This document shows, one piece after another, positions 53,488-64,000 of a stretch of 64,000 nucleotides of DNA (positions within the stretch are counted from its first letter, which is position 1; every line of letters starts with the position of its first letter). This DNA is from Antechinus flavipes (Eukaryota), in contig NC_067403.1 in assembly GCF_016432865.1 (NCBI RefSeq), positions 257,362,001 to 257,426,000 on the forward strand, in the 5' to 3' direction. The notes beneath the pieces are model-generated. The model was not told the origin of the DNA, made no database searches, and worked only from the letters and a program-made list of their open reading frames with translations. The translations under genes and the position numbers were made by a program.

Positions 53488-54614
53488 AATCAATCGAAAC
53501 AGCTTCTCCCATTGGCTGTCTGCACCTGCATCCTCTGTCAGAAGATAGGTAACACCTTTCATCATCGTATCTCTGGAAACCTGGTTGGTCATTGGATGGA
53601 TCAGAACTCAAGTCTTTATTTCAGCTGAAACATAATCGATTTTGTTTTAACCTATTATTTTTATCTCTGTGTGAATCTTGGTTTCAAATGTGTTTCTTGT
53701 AACCAACATTTTGGTTAATTCTGCTTTCTAGTTCTTTTATGCCTTTAAAAAGTATTGTGCTCCTCCCCTTTTAACCTTGTCTTCTCCTCTTGGTATAGCT
53801 GTTCCCAGCTTCTCTCCCTCAACCCACGTCCAATTAAAATATCTAGACCAGCCCGTTGAATCCATCATCTCCTTGTCAATGGACAGGTTATGGTGCTTCA
53901 TCTTGGTTTTTTGGAGACTTGGATGACTCTCACTTTGAGGAGAGTTCTTGGATCTTTCCAAGTTGTTTTTCCTTATGTTATCAGATTAGATTTCAGAGAA
54001 AACTTGACAAAGCTTTCTCAAATGAAAAGCCGTTCTTTACTGCTCCAGAAAGGAGACCCTGAGATGACTATGCATACAGCAACAGGGAAAGGACCCTATC
54101 TCTGGAGGCAGAGACCTGAGTTCAAGTTTTGATTCTGATCTTTACAACTTGTGTGACTGACATCTTCTCAGGCCTCAGTTTACTCTTCTGTAAAAGGATG
54201 TTGGCCATAATGACCTCTAAGGACCCTTCCAGTTCTTATTCTGTGATCTCACAGCCCAGTAATGCTGGCAAGCTGGAAATGTCTCATCTGAGGGCCAGCT
54301 CGGTCAAGGGCAGAGAATCCTGTTACGGTACGGCCACAAAAGATGAGAAAGTCTTGGCCACGACAGTTGTTGGAAGGAAGTCATCTGATTCTCAAAGAGC
54401 TGTCATCCTTCTAAATGGAGGGAGGATCCACCACTGTGAAATCACAATCCTTGGGAAGACTGTAGTCCACATGGGAACACGACTTCTCCTCATCATGAAT
54501 AATAACTTCCAATTATTTTTTTAAAATAAGTTTTACAAAGGCAACAAGTGCTTTTCCACCTTCCCCCAAGTATGGGATGGTCATTTGCAGTGGGAGTTTT
54601 ATTCACACACACAT

Positions 54615-54745
54615 AGAGATAGATAGATGTTTATATATGTATATATGTCTGGATGTATATGTACACACGATCCATACATATATAAACATATATATATGTG
54701 TGTATATGTAAATGTGCACCTATATATACATATATATCTGTATGT
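54615..54745. repeat. (TA/TG/CA)n compound microsatellite
   Basis: Read directly. Confidence 0.85.
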
Positions 54746-55529
54746 ATTTAGAGGCAGAGAGAGAAATACAATTTCTACAACTCATTTGTATCTTCTTGCC
54801 ATTGAAAAGAAAGAAGTGTGTTCCAACTTCAAGGCCAGTTGGAACCAGCCTCGGTCCCTTTAAAGAGAGACGGTGCAAGTAGGAGCTCTGATTTTACAAG
54901 CGAAAAAGTAGAAGGCACAGGAAGTGATTTGCCCAAAGTCTCGAGTGACTGTTAATAGCCTACACTGAGAAATTATTTTACATATTGTGTTGTTTGGTCC
55001 CCACCGCAGCTTTGTAAGGGAAGCTGTGCAAGGGTTAGGATTCCCCATTTTACAGATGAAAAAGCAGGCCCACAGAGTGGGAAGGGGTTTTGCTGAGATT
55101 AAAAAAAAAACAAACATCACAATAATAGCATCTGACAGTTATGAAGTGCTTTACATACAGGATACTGTTTGAACATTACCACAGCCCCATAAGGTAGATG
55201 ATAAAAGATCATCTCTAGTGCATGGAAAAGGAAACTGAGGCACCAAAAGCATAAGCTCACATTCTTGCCCCTCTGCCTTCAGTGGCCCAGCTAAGCCAGA
55301 CCCCATCACACACACCCCTGATTCTAATGCCTTAGCACAGGTGGTTCCTCCTACTGGGAATCTCCCTTTCTCATCTCTCCTGGGCCTTTCCTAATTCCCT
55401 CCCCATCCCCTCTACCCCTCCCCCATATATTAACATGTCTACTGCTAATTACCTGGAATCTGGTTTCGCTATTGTAATGGGAGCCTAACCAAGAGAAGAT
55501 GAAGGAGTTTTCTTGTCCTTGCTGTAGTT

Positions 55530-57500
55530 AATACAAATTCGAGTGTAATATTGATAAGGGCCATCCTTGCTTGTCCTTGATTTTATTGGGAAAGCTTCTA
55601 GTTTATCCACATTACAGTGGTTTTAGATAGATACTGTTTATCATTTTAAGAAAAGCTCCATCTCTGTGCTTTCTAGTGCTTTTAAGAAGAATGGGCATTG
55701 TATTTTGTCAAAAGCCTTTTCTGCATCTATTGAAATAATCATATGATTTTTGTTGTTTTTGTCATCGATAGGGTCAACTTATTGACATGTCTATGCTTAT
55801 GATTTCCCAGTCCTGCATTCCCAGTATAAATTCCTAGTCATAGTGTATGATCTCTGTGATATATGACTATGATTTTTTGGTTAGTATTTCATTTTTAAAT
55901 TTTATGTGAATAGTCAGTAGGGAAATTGTTTTCTTTTATTGTCCATAGTTTTCTTTCTCTGTTTTTGCGCTCCCTGATTTTGGTATCAAAGACACATTTG
56001 TATCCTAGAAGAAATTTGGTAGGACTCTTTCTTTACCAGTTTTTCCAAACAATTTATATAGTGTTAGAATTAATTGTTCTTTAAATGTTTCATAGAATTC
56101 TTCTGTAAATCCATTTGATCCTGGAGTTTTTTCCTCAAGTAGCTCATTTATGTCTTGTTCAGTTTCTTTTTTTCTTAAATAGGGTTATTTAAATATTTTA
56201 TTTCTTCCTGTACCAGTGTGGATAAGGTGTATTTTTGTAAATATTCATCCATTTCATTTAGATTGTCAGTTTTATTGTCATATTGTTAGAGCAAAATGCC
56301 TAATAATTGCTTTAATTTCAACTTTATTGGTTGTGCATTCACCCCCCCCCCTTTTTTTTTTGAAGCTGGTGAATTTGGTTTTATTTTTTATTTTTAAATG
56401 TTAGCTAATGGCTTATCTGTTTTATTGCCCCCCCCCCAAAAAAAGTCCAGGATTGTTGTTTTTTTAAAACCTTTTGATTTTTATTAATCTTTTTTAAATT
56501 TTCATTATTTTTAATTTAATTGGAGATTTAAAATTTGTTCTATTTCTAGTGTTTTTAGTTGCACGCCCAATTTGTTGATCTGCTCTTTCTTACTTTTATT
56601 AATATAAAAATATAAATTTCCCCCTGAGTACTGTTTTGGCTGCAGCCCACAGATTTGGTAGAATGTCTCTTTGTCATTATCTTTAATGAAATCATTGATT
56701 GTTTTCATGATTTGTTCTTTGACCCACACGTTCATTAGGATAAAATTATTTGGTTTCCAATTCATTTTTAATCTTTGTTTCATAAATTCCGTATTGAATG
56801 TAATATTTAATGTTATAGTCCAAAAAGGGTATATTTAAGATTTCTGTTTTTCTTCATTTATGAGGTTTTTATGTCCTAATAATATGATTAATTTTGTAAA
56901 AGTGTCATATGCAGCTGAGAAATCAGTTATAGTCCTTTTTACTACCATTCGATATTCTCCAGAGATCCATTGTCTCTAATTTTCCTAAAATTCTATTCAT
57001 CTCATTAGCTTTTTTCTTGTTTACATTTTTCTAGTGTCAAGTGTCTAGTGTCAAGAGACCCTCTATTAGTATACTCTTACTATGTTCTCCTGTAACTCAT
57101 TTAACTTTTCCTTTAAGAATTTGGATACTATGCCATTTGGTGCACATATGTTCAGTGTTAATATTATTTCTTGTCTCTTGTGTCTTTTAGCAAAATGTAG
57201 TTTCTCTATCTCTTTTGATTAATGCTACTTCACTTGGTGATCTCATCAGCTTCTATGGATTTAATTATCATTTCTATGCTAATGATTCTTAAATCTACCT
57301 TTCCTGAACTGCAGGCACTTATCGTATTTATTGTTTGATGGATTAGCTCTATTTTTGTTTTATCTTTATCTGAGATCATGATTGAGTCCTCATGAGTACC
57401 ATAATTGGTACTCCTCTCTTTTTTTACTTTAGCTGAAGCATGATAGATTCTGCTTCAATCCCTTGTTTTAACTCTGTGTTTCTTTCTTTTTAAAGTATAT
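55530..57500 (-). mobile_element. Degenerate L1, ORF2 (EN/RT-region) remnant
   Basis: Antisense L1 wording (gcattgtattttgtcaaaagccttttctgcatctattga); minus-strand ORF 56511-56783 NVWVKEQIMKTINDFIKDNDKETFYQ resembles the L1 ORF2p region after the EN domain. Confidence 0.8.
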
Positions 57501-57504
57501 CTCC

Positions 57505-58345
57505 TTAAATATTGGAGGGGATGTAGGAAAACTGGGACATTAATACATTGTTGGTAGAGTTGTGAACTGATCTAACCATTCTGGAGAGCAATTTGGAGCT
57601 ATACTCACAGGGCTATCAAACTGTGCACACCCTTTGATCCAGCAGTGTCTCATCTGGGTCTGTATCCTAAAGAGATAAAAAAGGGAAAATGACCCACATG
57701 TGCAAAAATATTTGTAGCAAGTGGCAAGAAATTGCAAACGGAGTGGATGCCCATCAATTGGGGAATGGCTGAATAAGCTATGGGATATGAATGTTATGGA
57801 ATATTATTGTTTTGTAAGAAATGACCAGCAGGATGATTTCAGAGAGGTCTGGAGAGACTTACATGAACGGATGCTGAGGGAAATGAGCAGAACCAAGAGA
57901 ACATTGTGCATGGCAACAACAAGATTATTCTATGACCAACTGTGATGGACGTGGCTCATAGCAACAAGATTATGCTATGACCAACTGTGATGGACATGAC
58001 TCTTTTCAACAAGGAGGTGTTTCAGGTCAATTCCAATAAACTTGTGATGGAGAGAGCCATCTGCACCCAGAGAGAGGGCTGTGGAGACTGAATGTGGATC
58101 ATTGCATAGTATTTTCACCTTTTTGCTGTTGTTTGCTTGCTTTTTTTTTTTCTTTCTCTTTTTTCCCGCTTTTTAATCTGATTTTTTCTGTACAGCAAGA
58201 TAAATGTGTAAATCTGTATAAAAGAATTTATCATAAATTGGGGAGGGGATGGGGGTAAGGGAAGGGAAAAAATATGGAGCACAAAGTTTTCCTAAGGTTG
58301 ATATTGAAAACTACCTTTGCATATATTTTGAAAATTAAAAGCTTT
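57505..58345 (+). mobile_element. 5'-truncated L1 (ORF2 C-terminus + 3' UTR) nested in an older antisense L1
   Basis: ORF 57721-57945 CPSIGEWLNKLWDMNVMEYYCFVRND resembles the L1 ORF2p C-terminus; ends in an aaaattaaaag tail; contains a ~45-nt internal duplication at ~57912-58000. Confidence 0.85.
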
Positions 58346-58349
58346 TTTT

Positions 58350-59200
58350 TTTTTTAATAAAGTGTATTTTCTGTTAACAGCATATTGTCAAATTCTGGTT
58401 TCCAGTGCATTCTGCTCTCCACTTCCATTTTACAGGTGAGTTTGTGCTATTTACACTCATAATTATGATTGCTAACCATGTAGTTCCCTCTATCCTCTTG
58501 TCTTCTTTCTATCTTTCCCTTTTCCCCTCTCCTCTCAAAAATCTGTTTAGCTTCTGATCATTGTCTCCCTTAATTTATTCTCTTTTTCTATTAGTCTCTT
58601 TCCCCCTGCTTCCTCATTCGTTAAGATTATGTGTATCTATATCTGCACATGTGTGTATGGTTATATATACACACATGTGTGTGTTCATATGAGCTTCCAC
58701 TTGACCAGTTAAGATTTTTAAGGAGTTATTTTCTTCAGTAAGGTTTTGTTCCTGTTTTCCCAAGCTAATTTCCAAGTGAATTCTCTTTTCATTATTTTCT
58801 TGCATTGTTCTCTTTTCTCAATTTTTCCTAAACTTCTTTTAATTTAAAAAAAACCATCATTTTTATTCTTTTAAAAATATCTTCCTTTAGCACTTCTGTG
58901 AATTTTTGTTGGGCTTGTATCAACCTATACTTTACTTTGAGTCTTTGCTTGCAGTTGTTTTCAAGTCACTGTCTTCTTCTGAATTTGTGTCTCCAGCTTT
59001 CCTGAATCCACAGAAGATTTTTGTGGTCAGGTACTTTTTTTTATTGCTTGCTTGTTTTTCCAGCTTATTCCTTGATTTTGGACTTTGTGTTAAAGTTGGG
59101 CTGTGCTTCCCTCTGGGGGGAATGTATGGCCAGAAGTTTATGGCTAAATCTGGGGATCTGTAACTTTTTTCATTCTTCCAAGTTGACATGGTATAGGGCA
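58350..59200 (-). mobile_element. Degenerate L1 inter-ORF/ORF1 remnant
   Basis: Minus-strand peptides KQEQNLTEENNSLKI and KKKYLTTKIFCGFRKAGDTNSEEDSDLKTTASKDSK resemble marsupial L1 ORF1p. Confidence 0.7.
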
Positions 59201-59282
59201 AGTCCTGGTCACTCTGTTCTGAGTTTTACTTAAATATGGCTGCTCTTCCCTCTCAACCAAAAGCCCAAAACACTATTCTCTA

Positions 59283-59711
59283 TGTAGAAGGCCGGAACTC
59301 TGGAGAAGTGTACTTGAAACAAGGTGTTAACTCAATGGAAATGATGAGATCATGGTTCTCTACTTCACATATATCTAGTATGATATAATATAATCGCTCT
59401 AGTTTGACATAATGATATAATCACTCTAGATTGGCTTATACCCAGTGAGCTGTAATGATGTAATTGTAATAGGGTATTTAAGGGCTGAGAGAACTGGGGA
59501 CAAAGTCAGATTCAGACTGAGACTGGTTGAGACTGGCAGACTGCTGGAGGAGACTGGCTCAGACTGAGACTGGGTCAGACTATGACAGACACAGACTGTG
59601 AAGGAGACAATAAATACTTTGGACTCTATTCCTCACCATCCTCACGGTGATTATCCTACTGAGACCAAGGCCCGTCCGGAGGATTTCCAGAAAGCTAGCC
59701 CGGACATTACA
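59283..59711 (+). mobile_element. Solo LTR, 429 bp, likely ERV2/ERVK class
   Basis: TGTA..TACA termini; perfect 6-bp TSD tctcta (59277-59282 / 59712-59717); TATTTAA at 59475; AATAAA at 59609. Confidence 0.88.
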
Positions 59712-62700
59712 TCTCTACCCTAGAAATAGGCGTCAGAAATGGGTAATGGTTAAAGAAGCTGTCTAGTGGTCCCTGGTCTTACGCCCAGAACTAATACGGG
59801 GTCCTCTGAATTACCATTTTGATCAGAAGCGTCGTTTCCTTACCACTCCTCACGCTACCATTGCTACTGCTATTGCCGCTGCCACCATTACCTCTAGACC
59901 CCATAGCATGTACTGCATAATCTCGGCCAGTCCGCACCCCAGTGTCCCCAGATAGCCTTCTCTTTCAGTTCTTCTCAACTGTCCTGGGCTGAGAAAATAC
60001 AATTCAGTGAGTTTTTTGTTGATTTGTTTGTTTGTTATCTCACTCAGAATTTGATTTGAGGCTTTAAAAAAACAACCCCCCCCAAAAAAAAACCTCTTTA
60101 GAGGGTTCATTTGGGAGTGTTTAGCAGAAATGCTACCTTGGTAACCAAGTCTCGATATCAAAGTGTATGTTGACTGAACTTGGAGAATCTTTTCTCTTTC
60201 TCTACATACTCTCCCTCAGCAACATATGTTCACACCAAACTGCAGTTCTTTTTGTCGTGGCATTTCTGCAGATGGTCAAATTTGTCCTGAAATGATTTTT
60301 CTTATTGCTTTGTGACCCACTGGCTCCTTTATTTGCCTCTTCCAGGAGAACCTGTGAGCTGTCTTCTCACTTTGCCGTTGCCTTTGGGGTCTTGTGGTTT
60401 ATCAGCAGGTGTACGCTGTGATCACCGGACGGTGACCTTACATCCAGAGTACCAGAAACTGAGTTTTATTTAGAGCCACTCTAAAAACGTGTGAGATTTC
60501 TCACTCTCTGCCCTTTGAGTCCATCACTGCAGAAGAATAGAAGAGAGGGCCACTTGTAGCTTTTCTTTTCCATGGGTCGCCATGGCTGAGGTCATTGCCG
60601 AAAGACCGGCTTATTGGCAGTGAGCCGCTCCTTAGTAAGACTGCTCCTCAGAAAATAAATAAAGTTTCTGAGACTGTAATCAGAACTTTCCCAGCATGGC
60701 CAAGCTTCCCTAGATTCCAGGCTTACCACTACACCACAATGAGTGGAACTTGATGTAGGTAATATCTTGAATTTCACATGGTTTTAGACAGTTGATTTTT
60801 TAAAACTTCCCATTTAATATAATTGCACTTTTTTGAGTAAAAGCTTTTTTGTGTTGTTTAAATGTTTCCTAGTTGATTTTTTGTTGTGTCTTCTGTCTGC
60901 TTCCCATACTAAAGATCTGAAATCTTTTTACATTTCTCTGTGCCTCAGTAATACCATCTGTCAGTTTTTTCAGTACCCAAGGAGAGAGTTCTCTTGAACT
61001 TGGTGACATGAACTCAGCTCATGCTGCCAGATGGCTTTTACTGGGTACCAACTACTGGACAGAGACCATTCTCTGGAGTAGAGAATATAAGAGTAAAATG
61101 AGAGTTGAATAACTCTGCCTTCTCTTGTCACTCATTTTTGTCCTAGACTCACTTAGGCCCATCCATCCCTCCCCTTTCTATGAGTTTCTTCTTTCCCCTA
61201 AAGTTGCTCATTAGCAACTGCCCACTTTCCTTCTCCAGCCTTATTTCATCAATGCTTTAGCATTTCCAGCAATATCCTTACAGGGATACCCCAAGTTGTT
61301 GTTATTCGGGTTTGCTTTTGCTTTTCAAGATGAGATTCTGCTTTCATTCTCTGTGACTTTCCTTTATTTCCACCTTCTGTGTTTGTATTTTTTAAAAATC
61401 TAAGTTGGTTGTAGAATCATCTATAGGGGATTGTTTTTCTCTTGGACCAACCCCCTCCATTTTTCCTTCTTCCTCAGTTATCTCTTTTTTTTTTCCTCAA
61501 AATTTTATCCTTGAAAACTTCTCATCTCCTGGGTTAATTTCCCCTGGAGATTTTGAGTCAGTGAGAGCTGATTTTTCCTTTCCCTGAAGCCTTTGAAATC
61601 TACTTTCTCCATAACTAGGATAATATGTCAGATTCTGCCCAGTCTTCTTGTCCTTCTCTTCAGAAACGGTCATTTCCCTTCATGGTCCCCGTTATCTCTG
61701 CTCTTCTCATTGATTCTTTGACCTTCCGAATTAAGGCAAATAAGGAAAATGGCAGGCTCTCCGTCTGATTCTGGTGAAGAGCCCAAAGTTGTCACATACA
61801 CAATGGAAGTTCCCCATTGCTACCGTATCACAGCTCTGGACCAGGCTTGTGATGGTTCTCAAGCTTCCCATCTTTCCTACTTCTGTCCAAATGGTCTGTG
61901 AGGTTCTCTGTTGACAACTTTATGTCTGCTTCAGACTCTCTTTACTTGAAACTTCTCTTCTGTGCCGTGCTTATCCTCTCTGATTCAGGGATTTTCTCAT
62001 GAATGACGTAGGGAATAAATGAATGAAAAAGCATTTTATGTGCTTTTCATTCCCACACGAAGCTCTACTTTATGTAAAATCCTTCTCGTTCCCTGCTTTT
62101 CTTGTTGTAATCAGGGAGACTTTTATTCCTTAGGTGAAGAAGTCCAGGAGCAAAATGGAAAAGCACAGTGCAAAGGGGAATCACGGCCCATCTGACTGGA
62201 AACAGGCATCCGAGGCATTTTGCATCCTGAATACTGCCATTAAATGAACGTTTTAGAAGAGAAAAGTAACCCGGGAGGCCAGGTGACAGTGGGTATGGCT
62301 TATCTCTCCAGAAGGCTCCACTCAGCAGCAGAATGCTTCAGGTGCCCTTTTGAGGAAGATAAGTATCTTAGATTGAGTGAGAAGTTTACAAAATTTACTT
62401 TTTGGGGAAACAAGTGGATAATAGTAGCAATGATGCCTTTCCCTGGTACTCACCCTTGATATTATCCTTAACTCCTTCCCCACCCACCGCGGAGACAATG
62501 CTCTCATTTCCATTCAGATGCCAGGGAGTGCCCTAGCTCAGGCCCGAACGAACTCTCACCGGGACTATTGCCATGTTCCTCCACACAGCAACCCACGAAC
62601 TGGCCGCTCCCTGATTCAGTAAACTCCCATGACTCCCTATTATCTCTAGAATAGAGCTTCTCTGTGGCTTTTAAAGCACCTCACATCCTGGCCCCGTTCC

Positions 62701-62949
62701 ACCTTTCCTGTCTAACCACACGTTCCGCCTCTCTACACACTCCACTGGCCAGCTAACCTGCTCTGGCTCTTTCTCACACACAATCCTCCATCTCTCACTC
62801 CAAGTCTCACCTTCGTGTCTTAGAACCAGACTTGAACTTCTCCACAAAACTTCTGGATTCCCCCTTCCCCCTCTCCATACGAAGCAGATACAAAGCACCT
62901 GATGGGACAGCCTTGGAGTTGACTTTGTATTTTTGTGTGACTGTTGTGT

Positions 62950-64000
62950 ATAGCCATGGAAAGATACTAATTACACTCATAGAAGGATTGATACTGTACA
63001 TGCCCATGGAAATATTGAATACACTCATGGATGGATAGATACTGTATACACCCATGGAAAGATACTGATTATACCCATGGATGGATGGATGGATACTGTA
63101 CATACCCATGGAAATATTGAATATACTCATGGATGGATAGATACTGTATACACCCTGGAAAGATACTGATTATATCCATGGATGGATGGATACTAGATAC
63201 ATGGATGGTTGGATACATGGAAAGATACTGATTATAACAATGAATGATTGGGATGCTGTTCATACCCATGGAAATATTGAACACACTCATGGATGGGTAG
63301 ATACTGTATACATCCATGGAAAGATACTGATTACACCCATAGAGGGATGGATACCATACATACCCATGGAAATATTGAATAGACTCATGGATGGATAGAT
63401 ACTGTATACACCCACAGAAAGATGCTGATTATACCCATGGATGGATGGATACTTGATACATGGATGGATGGATAGATACATGGAAAGATATTGATTATAA
63501 CCATGAATGAATGGGATAGTGTTCATACCCATGGAAATATTGAATACACTCGTGGATGGATAGATACTATATTCATCCATGGAAAGTTACTGATTATACC
63601 CATGGATGGATGGATACATGGAAAGATACTGATTATACCCATGGATGGATGGATACTTGATACATGGATGGATGGATACATGGAAAGATACTGATTATAC
63701 CCATGGATGGATGCATGGATACTAAACATACCCATGGAAAGATATTGATTATACCCTTGAATAGATGGATATTATATGGACCCATAGAAAGATACTGGAT
63801 ATATGCATGAATGGATGTATGGCTACTGTACAGAGCCATGGAAAGATATTGAATGTTTTCATGGTTGAATGGATACTGTATACACCCATGGAAAGATACT
63901 GATTCTACTTATGGATAGATGGATACTGTATCTATCCATAGAAAGATATTAACTATACCCATGGATGGATGGATACTTTATATACCCATGAAAGATATTG
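62950..64000. repeat. Complex satellite-like array (CCATGG / GGAT / GATACT subunits), runs off the window end
   Basis: Recurrent ggaaagatactgattatacccatggatggatggatac, ggaaatattgaatacactcatgg and gatactgtatacacccatgg blocks. Confidence 0.95.

Noticed and set aside
53362-53592. Protein-like minus-strand stretch RDTMMKGVTYLLTEDAGADSQWEKLFR
   Set aside because: Runs straight into a SINE, has no convincing donor, and matches no family I recognise.
54254-54326. Exon-like segment ctcacag|CCCAGT..TACG|gtacgg (73 nt) within ORF 54129-54524
   Set aside because: The acceptor comes from a MIR tail, the peptide is unrecognised, and no supported neighbouring exon exists.
57721-59201. ORFs 57721-57945, 58614-58805 and 58932-59201 as genes
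   Set aside because: Short decayed L1 ORF2/ORF1 fragments.
49300-64000. POLD4/CLCF1/RAD9A expected from human synteny
   Set aside because: No MGRKRLITDSY or FDLAWQYGPCTG-like sequence found by eye on either strand; probably beyond the window.

Overview
Marsupial genomic DNA, probably a dasyurid or relative, judged from recalled WSINE1-type SINEs and L1 3' tails. It is syntenic with human 11q13. Three intact + strand genes could be rebuilt exon by exon with consistent phases. GRK2/ADRBK1: exons 2-21, 14006-21304; exon 1 is upstream of the window, so 1-14005 is intron 1. ANKRD13D: 15 exons, 31194-38638, 609 aa. SSH3: 14 exons, 40479-48512, 652 aa. The genic part is very GC-rich with many minisatellites. 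After an orphan CpG-island promoter (~51.3-52.3 kb) the sequence turns abruptly AT-rich and repeat-dense: L1, L2, CORE-SINEs, a solo LTR with a 6-bp TSD, and a CCATGG/GGAT satellite running off the end. I found no wholly new system that I can firmly support. The best leads are: a poly-Arg (R9) uORF just before the ANKRD13D start; a ~320-nt AG-free acceptor with no nearby branch A; a weak GC-AG donor; G-tract acceptors on in-frame stop-free introns; a VNTR-born 75-nt cryptic exon in GRK2; a 7-copy minisatellite of an L1 tail plus its TSD; and a possible unannotated spliced gene downstream of SSH3. Repeat family names and human comparisons are from memory, not searches. GC levels are judged by eye.
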